Origin: an uncultured Christensenella sp.
GTDB lineage: Bacteria > Bacillota > Clostridia > Christensenellales > UBA3700
DNA: 64,000 nt
Direction: 5' to 3'
Assembly (NCBI GenBank): GCA_910584635.1
Contig: CAJUBA010000001.1
Span: 13,224-77,223, forward strand
The position numbers were made by a program, and so were the translations under genes. This document shows positions 9,085-19,848 of the stretch, in pieces. The notes below the pieces were generated by a model, which worked only from the letters and a program-made list of their open reading frames with translations, searched no databases and was not told the origin of the DNA. Within the stretch, counting starts at the first letter, position 1, and the number at the start of each line of letters is the position of its first letter.

Positions 9085-9375
9085 ATGCGAGATTATTACG
9101 ACAGATCTATTTTGGAAATGGCGGAATACATATTAAAGACGCGTTGTACGGTAAGACAGTGCGCAAGCGTATTCGGTATAAGCAAAAGCACGGTGCATAG
9201 TTATATGAGCGTTCGACTGAAATATATCGATATAGATTTATATGAAGAAGTAAGACAGGTTTTGAAATATAATTTATCCGTGCGTCATTTGCGCGGCGGA
9301 GAAAGCACGAGAAAGAAGTATTTTTCCGAAAAAGTTATCGACGGCGAAAAACCCGCCGTCGATGCAAACATGTAG
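9085..9375 (+). CDS. spoIIID: Stage III sporulation protein D (mother-cell transcription regulator)
   Basis: MRDYYDRSILEMAEYILKTRCTVRQCASVFGISKSTVHSYM...SVRHLRGGESTRKKY is collinear with B. subtilis SpoIIID (..GVSKSTVHKDL...IRHLRGGEAT..). Start moved to the ATG at 9085, preceded by AGGTGG. Confidence 0.85.
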   Translation: MRDYYDRSILEMAEYILKTRCTVRQCASVFGISKSTVHSYMSVRLKYIDIDLYEEVRQVLKYNLSVRHLRGGESTRKKYFSEKVIDGEKPAVDANM

Positions 9376-9378
9376 ATT

Positions 9379-10107
9379 CTAGTTTTTATAAGTTTTATCC
9401 CAAAGATTATTTCGTTGAGGGTTGAAAAGTGCGGTCAGCATATTTTGTTTGCAGCCGTACTTTTCTTCCATTTCGTTTATAAGAAGTTTTGCGTCCTCGC
9501 GTTTTGTATGTTTGTCTTGCGGACAGGGATTGTGAATTATGGGAAGTTCATATCTTCTCGCAAGTCCCGATAGGTATTTTTCTTCAATATAAACAAGCGG
9601 ACGGATAAGGGTGATATTGCTTCTGTCCATGTGGCTTACGGGCATAAACGTGGAAATTCTACCTTCGTAAATGAGCGACAAAAGGAATGTCTCAAGCACG
9701 TCGTCCGCGTGATGCCCGAGAGCAAGTTTATTGCATCCGTGTTCCTTAGCGATACTGTTCAGCGCGCCTCTTCGCATTTTCGAACAAAGAGAACAAGGAC
9801 TTTTTTCGCCTCTCTCTAAGATTATATCGTAGATTTGGGTATGTTCGATTATCAACTCTACGCCTATGCTTTGGCAGTAATTTTTCGTCGCTTCCACTTC
9901 TTTTGGATTCGTATCGGAAAAACCGAGGTCTATGTTTATCGCCAGAAGTTCAAACTTTTCGGGAGCGAATTTTTTATATGCGGCAAGCAATGCGAGCAAA
10001 GCGACGCTGTCTTTGCCACCGGAAAGACCGACGGCAATTTTATCTCCGTCTTGAATCATATTATAGTCGCTCAGCGCTTTTCTTGTTAAGGAGAGTAATT
10101 TTTGCAT
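9379..10107 (-). CDS. ttcA: PP-loop ATPase, TtcA-type tRNA 2-thiocytidine synthetase family
   Basis: SGGKDS PP-loop motif near the N-terminus and Cys motifs CSLCSKMRRG and HNPCPQD; ~240 aa. Confidence 0.7.
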   Translation of the reverse strand: MQKLLSLTRKALSDYNMIQDGDKIAVGLSGGKDSVALLALLAAYKKFAPEKFELLAINIDLGFSDTNPKEVEATKNYCQSIGVELIIEHTQIYDIILERGEKSPCSLCSKMRRGALNSIAKEHGCNKLALGHHADDVLETFLLSLIYEGRISTFMPVSHMDRSNITLIRPLVYIEEKYLSGLARRYELPIIHNPCPQDKHTKREDAKLLINEMEEKYGCKQNMLTALFNPQRNNLWDKTYKN

Positions 10108-10225
10108 ATTTTTAGTTTAGCCGTTTTATTGACTAAATGCAAGGGAATATAGTATATTTAATCTGTAATTAAAATAAATTATTGCGTATAGAAAGAGGCG
10201 CTTATTCAGCCGAAAGGAGATAGCA

Positions 10226-11071
10226 TTGACAGAAAAAATTATAGATTTCGTCCGAGAACTTATAGGCAACGATTATTTTACCACTATTTTGATTTCTATA
10301 ATACCGATTGTGGAACTCAGAGGCGCGATTCCCGCGGCTATGACTATGGGCATTTCTCCATGGGTATCTTTTGCGTTGGCTTGGGTAGGCTCCGCTTTGG
10401 TTTCGCCGATATTATTGCTGATTTTGCGACCCGTTCTTAATTGGATGAAAAAATATAAAGCGTTCGCGTCGCTTGCAAACGCCGTCGAAAGCGGATTCAA
10501 AAGCAAAGCGATGAAGGTCGTAGGGGAAAGCGACGGCTCGCTGTCTTCGGAACAAATCAAGAAATTGGAGCGCAAAAAGATGTTCGGCGTTTATCTTTTC
10601 GTAGCCTTTCCTATACCGCTTACCGGAGTTTGGACGGGAAGCGCCGTCGCAACGTTCCTTGATATACCTTTTTGGAAATCGCTCGCTATGGTATGGCTGG
10701 GCAATCTTACGGCGGGAGCGATAGTTACGGTTTTGGCGGTATTTTTGAAAAACTATATGAACACCGTATTGGACGTATTTTTCATAATTGTTATTTTAGT
10801 ATTATTGTTCTATATCGCGAGAGTTGTTTTCAAGATGATTAAAAACAAAAAGTTGAAAGAAAACTCCCAAAGCGCAGTACTTTCCGATTCGCAAGAGGGC
10901 GACGATAACGGAGAAGAAAAGCGTACGGAAATTGTCGAACATGAAACTTCTAAGGATAAAAATAGTCAAGAAAACGCAACGGGTGTCGATAAAAACAATC
11001 GCGAGGAAGGTTCGGCAGATTATAACGTAACGGCGAAAGTGTCCGAAAAACATAAGGAAGAAGAGAAATGA
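10226..11071 (+). CDS. Small multidrug-export-like membrane protein (Sm_multidrug_ex / COG2426-like) with a disordered acidic/lysine-rich tail
   Basis: TTG start 5 nt after AAAGGAGA. IPIVELRGAIPAAM motif and four hydrophobic segments. The last ~80 aa are low complexity. 4-nt overlap with prmA. Confidence 0.55.
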   Translation: MTEKIIDFVRELIGNDYFTTILISIIPIVELRGAIPAAMTMGISPWVSFALAWVGSALVSPILLLILRPVLNWMKKYKAFASLANAVESGFKSKAMKVVGESDGSLSSEQIKKLERKKMFGVYLFVAFPIPLTGVWTGSAVATFLDIPFWKSLAMVWLGNLTAGAIVTVLAVFLKNYMNTVLDVFFIIVILVLLFYIARVVFKMIKNKKLKENSQSAVLSDSQEGDDNGEEKRTEIVEHETSKDKNSQENATGVDKNNREEGSADYNVTAKVSEKHKEEEK

Positions 11072-11997
11072 AGTATTACGAAGTTACGGTAGATACGACG
11101 AGCGAGGCGAGCGAACTCGTCGCAGAAATACTGACCGAAGCGGGAAGCAACGGAATAGGAATTTACGATAAAAACGATTTGGCGGATCTTGCCGACAGCG
11201 GAATCGTATGGGACTATATGGAAGAGCATTTGATCGAAAAGGACGGAAAGGCTCAGGTAAAAGGATATTTTGAGGAAGAAAATTTCCCAATTACACAAAA
11301 GGATATAGAAGAAAGATTACAGTTTCTTAAAGAAAACTGTCCTTTTGATTACGGTACGTTGAGTTTAACCGTAGGCGTTGTCGACGATTGCGATTGGATT
11401 GAAAGTTGGAAGCAGTACTATAAACCAATCAAAGCAGGGCGGGTTACGATAGTTCCCGAATGGATAGAATACGTTCCCCAAGACGGAGAATACATAGTCA
11501 AGATAGATCCCGGTATGGCTTTCGGTACGGGAGAACACGAAAGCACCAAAATGTGTCTTGATTTACTGCAATCGCTCGGAATGGAAGGCAAGAGCGTAAT
11601 CGACGTAGGCACAGGCAGCGGAATTCTCGCGCTTGCGGCGGCAAAACTGGGGGCGGAACACGTCGAGGCGTACGATATAGACGACAATGCGGTCAAGTCC
11701 GCGAAAGAAAATTGTGCGCTAAACAATTTAGATGATAAAATAATCGTCGCAAATGCAAATCTTTTAGATAAAACTGCGGGGAAATTCGACGTTGTGCTTG
11801 CAAATATTACGGCGGACGTTTTGATTACTCTTGCTCGCAGTTTGGGTAATTACATGAAAAAGGACGGAATAGTAATAATATCCGGTATTATATTGAAGAG
11901 AGAAGACGACGTGAAAAACGCGTTTGAAGAAGCGGGGTTTTCCGTATTTGAACGTATAAATAAAGGCGAATGGGTGGCTTTCGGTCTTACCAAATAA
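11068..11997 (+). CDS. prmA: Ribosomal protein L11 methyltransferase
   Basis: GTGEHESTKMCL and DVGTGSGILALAAAKLGA SAM-binding motifs. Sits upstream of rsmE-mtaB as in Bacillus. Confidence 0.9.
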   Translation: MKYYEVTVDTTSEASELVAEILTEAGSNGIGIYDKNDLADLADSGIVWDYMEEHLIEKDGKAQVKGYFEEENFPITQKDIEERLQFLKENCPFDYGTLSLTVGVVDDCDWIESWKQYYKPIKAGRVTIVPEWIEYVPQDGEYIVKIDPGMAFGTGEHESTKMCLDLLQSLGMEGKSVIDVGTGSGILALAAAKLGAEHVEAYDIDDNAVKSAKENCALNNLDDKIIVANANLLDKTAGKFDVVLANITADVLITLARSLGNYMKKDGIVIISGIILKREDDVKNAFEEAGFSVFERINKGEWVAFGLTK

Positions 11998-12007
11998 GGA
12001 CAAGCGT

Positions 12008-12739
12008 ATGGAAATCAAGCGTTTTTTTGCCGAAAAAGAAGATTTTGACGGCAAGACGGTAAAAATATGCGGCGAAGAATTTATGCACATGACAAAGGTA
12101 TTGCGACACAAAGTCGGATACAAAATAATCGTTTGTCTTGACGATGGAAAAGACTACGAATGCGTATTGACGCGGATAAATCCCGATTTCGCTGTCGCCG
12201 AGGTGGAAGCGGTAAAAGAAAACGATTGCAAAACCAAAGCGTCGGTAACGCTTTTTCAGGCGTTGCCAAAGGGAGATAAATTTGATTTCATAGTTCAAAA
12301 ATGCGTGGAATTGGGCGCGGAAAAAATAGTTCCGTTCCTATCGAGATATACAAATGAAAGTAAGTTCAATTTATCCCGTAGCAAAAAGATTGCGATAGAA
12401 GCGTGCAAGCAGTGCGGACGTTCAAGAAGAGCGGATATAGGAGAACTGACTGACTTCGACGGTATGGTCAAACAACTTAAAGATTACGATTTAATTGTCA
12501 TGCCTTATGAAAATGCGACTTGCGGAAAGATGGGCGAAATCAAGGGACTTAAAGATGCTGAAAGAATCGCTTTGATTATAGGAAGCGAGGGCGGTTTTTG
12601 CGTTGAAGAGGCGGATGAAATTAAAAATATCGGAGGGGAAATAATATCGCTGGGCAATCGTATTTTGCGTTGCGAAACTGCAAGTATAGTGGCGCTAAGT
12701 CTTATAATGTACGAAACGGGAGAACTGCAAGGCATATAA
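12008..12739 (+). CDS. rsmE: 16S rRNA (uracil1498-N3)-methyltransferase
   Basis: RFF... N-terminus, LFQALPKGDKFDFIVQKCVELGA, C-terminal RILRCETA; 243 aa. Confidence 0.9.
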   Translation: MEIKRFFAEKEDFDGKTVKICGEEFMHMTKVLRHKVGYKIIVCLDDGKDYECVLTRINPDFAVAEVEAVKENDCKTKASVTLFQALPKGDKFDFIVQKCVELGAEKIVPFLSRYTNESKFNLSRSKKIAIEACKQCGRSRRADIGELTDFDGMVKQLKDYDLIVMPYENATCGKMGEIKGLKDAERIALIIGSEGGFCVEEADEIKNIGGEIISLGNRILRCETASIVALSLIMYETGELQGI

Positions 12740-12777
12740 ATTTTATGTACAAAACGGCGTAAATTTGTGAATGTAAT

Positions 12778-14028
12778 ATGAAAATTTCTATATATAATTT
12801 AGGTTGTAAAGTTAATAAGTACGAATGCGACGGCATGCTGAAAAGCCTTAAAGATAAGGGATACGAAGTTACCGAAGACTTGGTATGCGCCGATTTGTAT
12901 ATACTCAATACCTGCGCCGTTACAAACGAAGCGGAGCGAAAGTCCAGACAGTGTATAAGCAGATGTCTGCGACTCAATCCCAACGCTAAAATAGTGGTGT
13001 GCGGTTGCGCTTCTCAACACGATCCCTCGCAGTTTGCCGATAAGAAAAACGTAACCTATGTCATAGGCACGGCTGACAAAGATAAACTGATAGATAATTT
13101 AGAAAGCAGCGGAGTATTGATTAGACCTATTCCCACAGAATACGAAGACGGATTTGCGCCCGAAGTGGTTCGTACCAGAGCGTACGTTAAAATACAGGAC
13201 GGATGCGATAATTATTGCAGTTATTGCCTTATTCCTTATGTTAGAGGCAGGAGTAGATCGAGAAAAATAGATAGCGTAGTATACGAATGCGAAAGGCTTA
13301 GCGCGATTTGCAAAGAGATAATCATTACCGGTATAGATATATCGTCTTACGGGAAAAATATCGGCTCGTCGCTTACAGAACTTATGGGACGTTTGAATAA
13401 TGTAAATTGCAGAATTAGACTGGGGTCGCTTGAAGTAAACGTCATTGACGAAAACTTGTTGAGTTCTCTCAAATCTCTCAAAAAGTTCTGCCCTCAATTT
13501 CACCTTTCTTTGCAAAGCGGAGAAGACGGCGTATTGAAGAAAATGAACAGGCATTATACAACGGCGCAATATCTCGAAAAAGTCAATCTTATAAGAAAAT
13601 ATTTTCCCGACGCGGCAATCACTACCGATTTGATATGCGGGTTTCCGACAGAGGACGAAGAGAGTTTTTGCAGGACGTTGAAATTTATGGACGAAGTAGG
13701 GTTTGCGCAAGTCCATGTTTTCGGATATTCGCAAAGAGGCGGAACGGCGGCGTCTAGATATAAGTTACTCGCTTCAGATACCGTCAAGTCAAGAGTCGCG
13801 AGAGCAATAAAGAGCGCGGAAATGTCTAAGGAAAAATACTTGCAAAAATTTATAGGAAAGACTTTGGAAGTATTGAGCGAGGATATAGAAAACGGATATT
13901 TGAGAGGATATTCGCAAGAGTACGTAAAATGTTATTTGGATAAAGGCGACGGCGACAGGCTTTACGAAGCAGTAGTGGAAAAGGTAATCGACGGAACGGC
14001 GTATTGCCGAGTAGTCGCAGAACTATAA
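12778..14028 (+). CDS. mtaB: tRNA threonylcarbamoyladenosine methylthiotransferase (MiaB-like radical SAM, YqeV type)
   Basis: UPF0004 N-domain (LGCKVN..E), radical-SAM CDNYCSYCLIPYVRG and a TRAM-like C-terminus. Position after rsmE is conserved. Confidence 0.85.
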   Translation: MKISIYNLGCKVNKYECDGMLKSLKDKGYEVTEDLVCADLYILNTCAVTNEAERKSRQCISRCLRLNPNAKIVVCGCASQHDPSQFADKKNVTYVIGTADKDKLIDNLESSGVLIRPIPTEYEDGFAPEVVRTRAYVKIQDGCDNYCSYCLIPYVRGRSRSRKIDSVVYECERLSAICKEIIITGIDISSYGKNIGSSLTELMGRLNNVNCRIRLGSLEVNVIDENLLSSLKSLKKFCPQFHLSLQSGEDGVLKKMNRHYTTAQYLEKVNLIRKYFPDAAITTDLICGFPTEDEESFCRTLKFMDEVGFAQVHVFGYSQRGGTAASRYKLLASDTVKSRVARAIKSAEMSKEKYLQKFIGKTLEVLSEDIENGYLRGYSQEYVKCYLDKGDGDRLYEAVVEKVIDGTAYCRVVAEL

Positions 14029-14056
14029 AATAAATTCGCTTAAAGGAGAAAGATAA

Positions 14057-14461
14057 ATGGATGATTGTATTTTTTGCAAAATCATAAAAGGAGAGATACC
14101 GTCTTATAAGATTTACGAGGATAAATATGTATACGCATTTTTGGATATCGCTTGCGACAGTTACGGACATACTTTGGTAATTCCCAAAAAGCATTGCGTA
14201 AACTTACTTGATTGCGAAGACAAGTATCTCGAAAAGACGATCTGCGCGGTAAAAAAGATTGCCAATCATTACGTGGAAGATTGCGGGTTTGAAGGAGTAA
14301 ATATTCTCAATGCAAGCGGAGAGAGCGCTCAGCAGTCGGTATTCCATTTGCATTTCCATATCATACCAAGAAAAAACGGCGACGGAATTGATATATGGCC
14401 GTTGAAAGACAAGCGCGATTTTGATCTTAAAGATATTTGCGATAAGTTAAAATTGAATTGA
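14057..14461 (+). CDS. HIT-family nucleotide hydrolase/transferase
   Basis: CIFCKI N-terminus and histidine triad HLHFHIIPR. SD AAAGGAGA. Confidence 0.9.
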   Translation: MDDCIFCKIIKGEIPSYKIYEDKYVYAFLDIACDSYGHTLVIPKKHCVNLLDCEDKYLEKTICAVKKIANHYVEDCGFEGVNILNASGESAQQSVFHLHFHIIPRKNGDGIDIWPLKDKRDFDLKDICDKLKLN

Positions 14462-14479
14462 AAAAAATCTTAATTTTTG

Positions 14480-14508
14480 TTGACAACTAAGTTGTATTAT
14501 GCAATAAT
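14480..14508 (+). promoter_or_regulatory. Sigma-A-like promoter for rpsU
   Basis: TTGACA, 17 nt, AATAAT; ~40 nt upstream of the rpsU ATG. Confidence 0.45.
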
Positions 14509-14548
14509 GTTGAAGTATTAAGTCGCGCTGGCGAAAGGAGGCGAGTAT

Positions 14549-14728
14549 ATGTCAACGGTTAAAGTAGGAGAAAACGAGTCTTTGGACAGCGCTATCAGAA
14601 GATTTAAGCGTAAATGCGCAAGAGACGGTATTATCGGCGATTTGCGTAAAAGAGAGGCGTATGAAAAGCCTAGCGTAAAGCGTAAGAAAAAGGCGGAAGC
14701 GGCGCGTAAGCGTATGTACAAAAACTAA
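14549..14728 (+). CDS. rpsU: 30S ribosomal protein S21
   Basis: 59-aa ORF, below the ORF-track cutoff: [69 protein letters not shown] 8 nt upstream. The 67-aa minus-strand ORF listed here is its antisense shadow. Confidence 0.92.
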   Translation: MSTVKVGENESLDSAIRRFKRKCARDGIIGDLRKREAYEKPSVKRKKKAEAARKRMYKN

Positions 14729-14735
14729 TCGATTA

Positions 14736-14763
14736 AACGGGACGAGCGTATCGCCCCGTTTTT
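14736..14763 (+). terminator. Rho-independent terminator of rpsU
   Basis: AACGGGACGA / TCGCCCCGTT hairpin followed by TTT(TC). Confidence 0.75.
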
Positions 14764-14776
14764 CATAGGTATTTGG

Positions 14777-15275
14777 ATGAAAGATAAATTTTTAACGGTT
14801 TACGCCGTATTGGACGAATCAACTCAGCAAAAATTGAAATCAATTCAAGACCGTTTAAGAGATATGGGATATATCGGAAAACAGTTGACGGATATTCCTT
14901 TTCATATCACTTTGGGTAGTTTTCCGTTGGAATATAAAGAAGTCCTGTCGGAGAAAATTGCGAGCGTTTGTTCGGCGACGTCGAAATTTTCAATAAATTT
15001 GAAAGGAATCAATCATTTTTCAAATAAAGTTTTGTTTGTCGAGCCGGAAGAGAATGGGCATTTGACTAAACTCCATAAATTTATTCGACCGCAATTATGC
15101 CGACGGTTTTCCTTGGCAAGCGCACGTAACGCTTTATATAGACTCGGCTCGGAAAGTTAAAAAGGTAAAGAAATATTTATCGCAGAGTTTTGTTCATATT
15201 CAGGCGCAAGCGGTAGGGATAGAAATGGGAGAGTTTTTTCCCGCGCAAAAAATAATAAGTAAGGATTTTGTTTGA
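14777..15275 (+). pseudogene. thpR: 2H-phosphoesterase (RNA 2',3'-cyclic phosphodiesterase ThpR/LigT family) interrupted by a +1 frameshift
   Basis: Frame 1 carries the first HxTx motif (FHITLG). The second motif (WQAHVTLY) and a further ~60 codons are open only in the +1 frame, through the stop at 15273-15275. The switch must occur in CTAAACTCCATAAATTTATTC (about 15066-15086). Confidence 0.7.
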
Positions 15276-15421
15276 CGATAACGGTTGTTTTTAACAAAAT
15301 AATTTCTTTCATATAAAAAGTATGTCGCTAGCACGGCTTTTTCGCTTGAAATAAATTCTTATATATAGTATAATAATTTATATATTTTATTTATTGTAAA
15401 AAAGGCTTTGGAAAATAGTAT

Positions 15422-17656
15422 ATGGATTATCAGTCGCTTTTGAACCCCGCGCAATTATTGCCGGTAAAAGATACGCAGGGCGCGGTTTTGGTACTCGCGG
15501 GAGCGGGTAGCGGAAAGACCCGCGTTTTGACGTACAGAATAGCGTATCTTATCGAACACGACGGCGTGGACCCGAGAAATATTTTGGCTATTACCTTTAC
15601 AAACAAAGCGGCGGGCGAGATGCGCGAGCGTATCTTGGACGTAACGGGAAGAAGCGGTATGTTGATATCCACTTTTCACTCTCTATGCGCTAAAATACTT
15701 AGAAACGAAATCTCTCGATTGGGAGAATATACGTCCAACTTTTCTATTTATGACGACGAAGACAGTAAAAAAGTAGTAGGAAGAATCCTCAAAGCCAAAA
15801 ATATAGACGATAGCAAGGATATAAAAAAGACTATCCGTTGGCATATTTCAAACGCCAAGAACAACGCTATGAGCGCGAAAGAATACTCGTCTAGGCTTAA
15901 AGATGAGCCGAACGGGGAACTTATCGCCGACGTTTACGCGCAGTACGAAAGAGAACTCAGGGAAAACAACGCGCTCGATTTTGACGATTTGCTCTATAAA
16001 ACGCTTTTGCTTTTCGCAAACGATAAGGAAGTCCTCAATAGGTATCAGGAAAAATTCAAGTATATTCACGTAGACGAGTTTCAGGATACGAACAAAATAC
16101 AATACACGCTTGTAAGACTTCTTGCAAATAAATACGGCAACGTGTTCGTAGTCGGCGACGACGACCAAAGCATATACGGCTGGAGATGGGCGGACGCGTC
16201 CAATATTCGTAAGTTTACGCAGCATTTTCCCGATTGCAGAGTATATAAACTCGAACAGAATTACCGCAGTACAAAGAAAATTCTCGACCTTGCCAATAAG
16301 ATTATAGCAAACAATTCCCAACGCATGGAGAAAACTCTTTGGACGGACGGCGACGACGGCGTGAAAATTGTATACAAGAGTTGTTATGACGAGAAGTACG
16401 AAGCGGATTACGTTTTGGAACAAATCTGCAATCTTATTAAATACAATGATTACGACTACAAGGACTTCGCTATTTTGGTTAGGGCAAGCGCGCTTACCAG
16501 ATCTTTTGAAGAAAAACTTACTCTTTACAGTTATCCGTACAAAATAATAGGCGGAAATAAGTTTTTCGAGAGAAAAGAAGTCAAAGATTTTTTGGCGTAT
16601 CTCAAATTCGTCGCGAATCCCAACGACAGCGAGAGTATATTGAGAGTAATCAACGTGCCGAAAAGAGGAATAGGAGAAAGCGCGGTTCAAAAACTTATCG
16701 AAGCGTGCGCGGAAAAAAGAGTGTCGCTGATACAAGGTATTTTGGATATTGAAAATATGCCTTTGACAAACGTAATTAAAAATAAAATCAGAGTATTTTC
16801 CGAAGTAGTCTATCAACTTCGCGAAAAATCGTCGATGCCTCTTGTAGATTATATCGATTTTGTCAATAAATACGTAGATTTTGCGCGGCAGTACGACCCG
16901 AAAGACGAAGAGGATAAAAACAGACTGGACAACATAGACGATTACGTTACGTCGGTAAAAGAATACTGTAAGGACAACGAAACAAGCAAACTTGACGAGT
17001 ATCTTCAATCCGTTTCGCTTGTAACCGATACCGATCAACCGATAGACAACTGCGTTACGCTTGCAACCGTACACGGAGTAAAAGGACTTGAATACAAATG
17101 TTGTTTTATAGTAGGACTTGAAGAGGGAATATTTCCAAGCGTCCGCGACGGAGACGATAATTTGCAAGAAGAGCGCAGGATAATGTACGTTGCGATAACG
17201 AGAGCCAGAGAACGGCTTTATTTGACAAACGCGCAATCGAGATACAGATACGGACACAGAGAATACGGAATATCTTCTAGATTCCTTAAAGAGGGCGGTT
17301 TGATTGTTGAACCCGACAGACCTTCGATAAGCAGTATCATGAACGATTTCAACAACTATTCGCAGTATCAGTCGGTAAGCGAAAGACCGTCTACGGACAG
17401 GCGCGACAGAATGGCTGAAATGAAAAATCTTATGAAGAACTACGCAAAGACGCCGGCGTTTGCAAAAAGCGCGCCGCAGGCAGTTCCGCAGTCCAAGGAT
17501 ATTTCGATTTTCAAAGTAGGAATGAGCGTGGAACATTCGCGCTTCGGACAGGGAAAAATAATTTCTATAATAGGCGAAAATGCGAAAATCGAATTTCCTG
17601 TGTTGGGAGTTAAGACTTTCAATATGCGTTTGGCGCCTATCAAACCTTTGGATTAA
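15422..17656 (+). CDS. pcrA: ATP-dependent DNA helicase PcrA (UvrD/Rep family)
   Basis: Walker A AGAGSGKTRVLT, motif II VDEFQDTN and motif III GDDDQSIYGWRWA, within a pcrA-ligA gene pair. Confidence 0.92.
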   Translation: MDYQSLLNPAQLLPVKDTQGAVLVLAGAGSGKTRVLTYRIAYLIEHDGVDPRNILAITFTNKAAGEMRERILDVTGRSGMLISTFHSLCAKILRNEISRLGEYTSNFSIYDDEDSKKVVGRILKAKNIDDSKDIKKTIRWHISNAKNNAMSAKEYSSRLKDEPNGELIADVYAQYERELRENNALDFDDLLYKTLLLFANDKEVLNRYQEKFKYIHVDEFQDTNKIQYTLVRLLANKYGNVFVVGDDDQSIYGWRWADASNIRKFTQHFPDCRVYKLEQNYRSTKKILDLANKIIANNSQRMEKTLWTDGDDGVKIVYKSCYDEKYEADYVLEQICNLIKYNDYDYKDFAILVRASALTRSFEEKLTLYSYPYKIIGGNKFFERKEVKDFLAYLKFVANPNDSESILRVINVPKRGIGESAVQKLIEACAEKRVSLIQGILDIENMPLTNVIKNKIRVFSEVVYQLREKSSMPLVDYIDFVNKYVDFARQYDPKDEEDKNRLDNIDDYVTSVKEYCKDNETSKLDEYLQSVSLVTDTDQPIDNCVTLATVHGVKGLEYKCCFIVGLEEGIFPSVRDGDDNLQEERRIMYVAITRARERLYLTNAQSRYRYGHREYGISSRFLKEGGLIVEPDRPSISSIMNDFNNYSQYQSVSERPSTDRRDRMAEMKNLMKNYAKTPAFAKSAPQAVPQSKDISIFKVGMSVEHSRFGQGKIISIIGENAKIEFPVLGVKTFNMRLAPIKPLD

Positions 17657-17679
17657 ACGCATTTGAAAGAGCGGGATAA

Positions 17680-19662
<1,983 letters not shown>

Positions 19663-19794
19663 AAATCAATAAATTGTCTCTTGGACGAAAAACCCGAAGG
19701 TTGGCGCGATGGATGGGATATATCGTCGGTAGATTTCGATACGGAAGAGGAATATACGCATTTCGAGGTAGTGTGGGGATATAAAGCAGATTAA
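19663..19794 (+). pseudogene. Remnant of the C-terminal cap of a BspA-type LRR gene; ~43 codons with no start
   Basis: Translation KSINCLLDEKPEGWRDGWDISSVDFDTEEEYTHFEVVWGYKAD* aligns with the ends of the intact paralogs (EINCEADSKPAGWGSTWNPDNINVVWGYKAN*; IYCEATGKPQGWDSWWNEDDRPVVWGYVND*). Confidence 0.65.
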
Positions 19795-19800
19795 AAGAAA

Positions 19801-19826
19801 GCGTCCGCGTTGAAAAGCGCGGACGC
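19801..19826. terminator. Shared hairpin terminator between convergent ligA and the orphan gene
   Basis: Perfect GCGTCCGCG / CGCGGACGC stem with an 8-nt loop. T-tract on the minus-strand side (TTTCTTTT), weaker on the plus side. Confidence 0.7.
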
Positions 19827-19848
19827 GTTGTATTATCAGACGTTTTGA

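Noticed and set aside
8565-9086. ORFs 8565-8822 (+), 8592-8813 (-) and 8817-9086 (-) overlapping the second TauE half.
   Set aside because: The frame at 8614-9027 has the family motif and four hydrophobic helices. The others are Gly/Pro/Arg-rich shadows of the GGNGGN-rich region.
15848-17662. 604-aa ORF antisense to pcrA. Similar long antisense ORFs lie at 59249-60532, 50426-51448, 58260-59156, 42810-43550, 30147-30941, 51757-52494, 53492-54151, 26404-27045, 49800-50429, 40454-41089, 13099-13734, 3904-4755, 5329-5970 and 62641-63315.
   Set aside because: Those I phase-checked are in the codon-aligned antisense frame of clearly homologous sense genes. They have no SD and a low-complexity R/F/V/Y/S-rich composition. 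They are explained by the rarity of TTA/CTA/TCA sense codons. The bias itself is reported as a finding; the ORFs are not called as genes.
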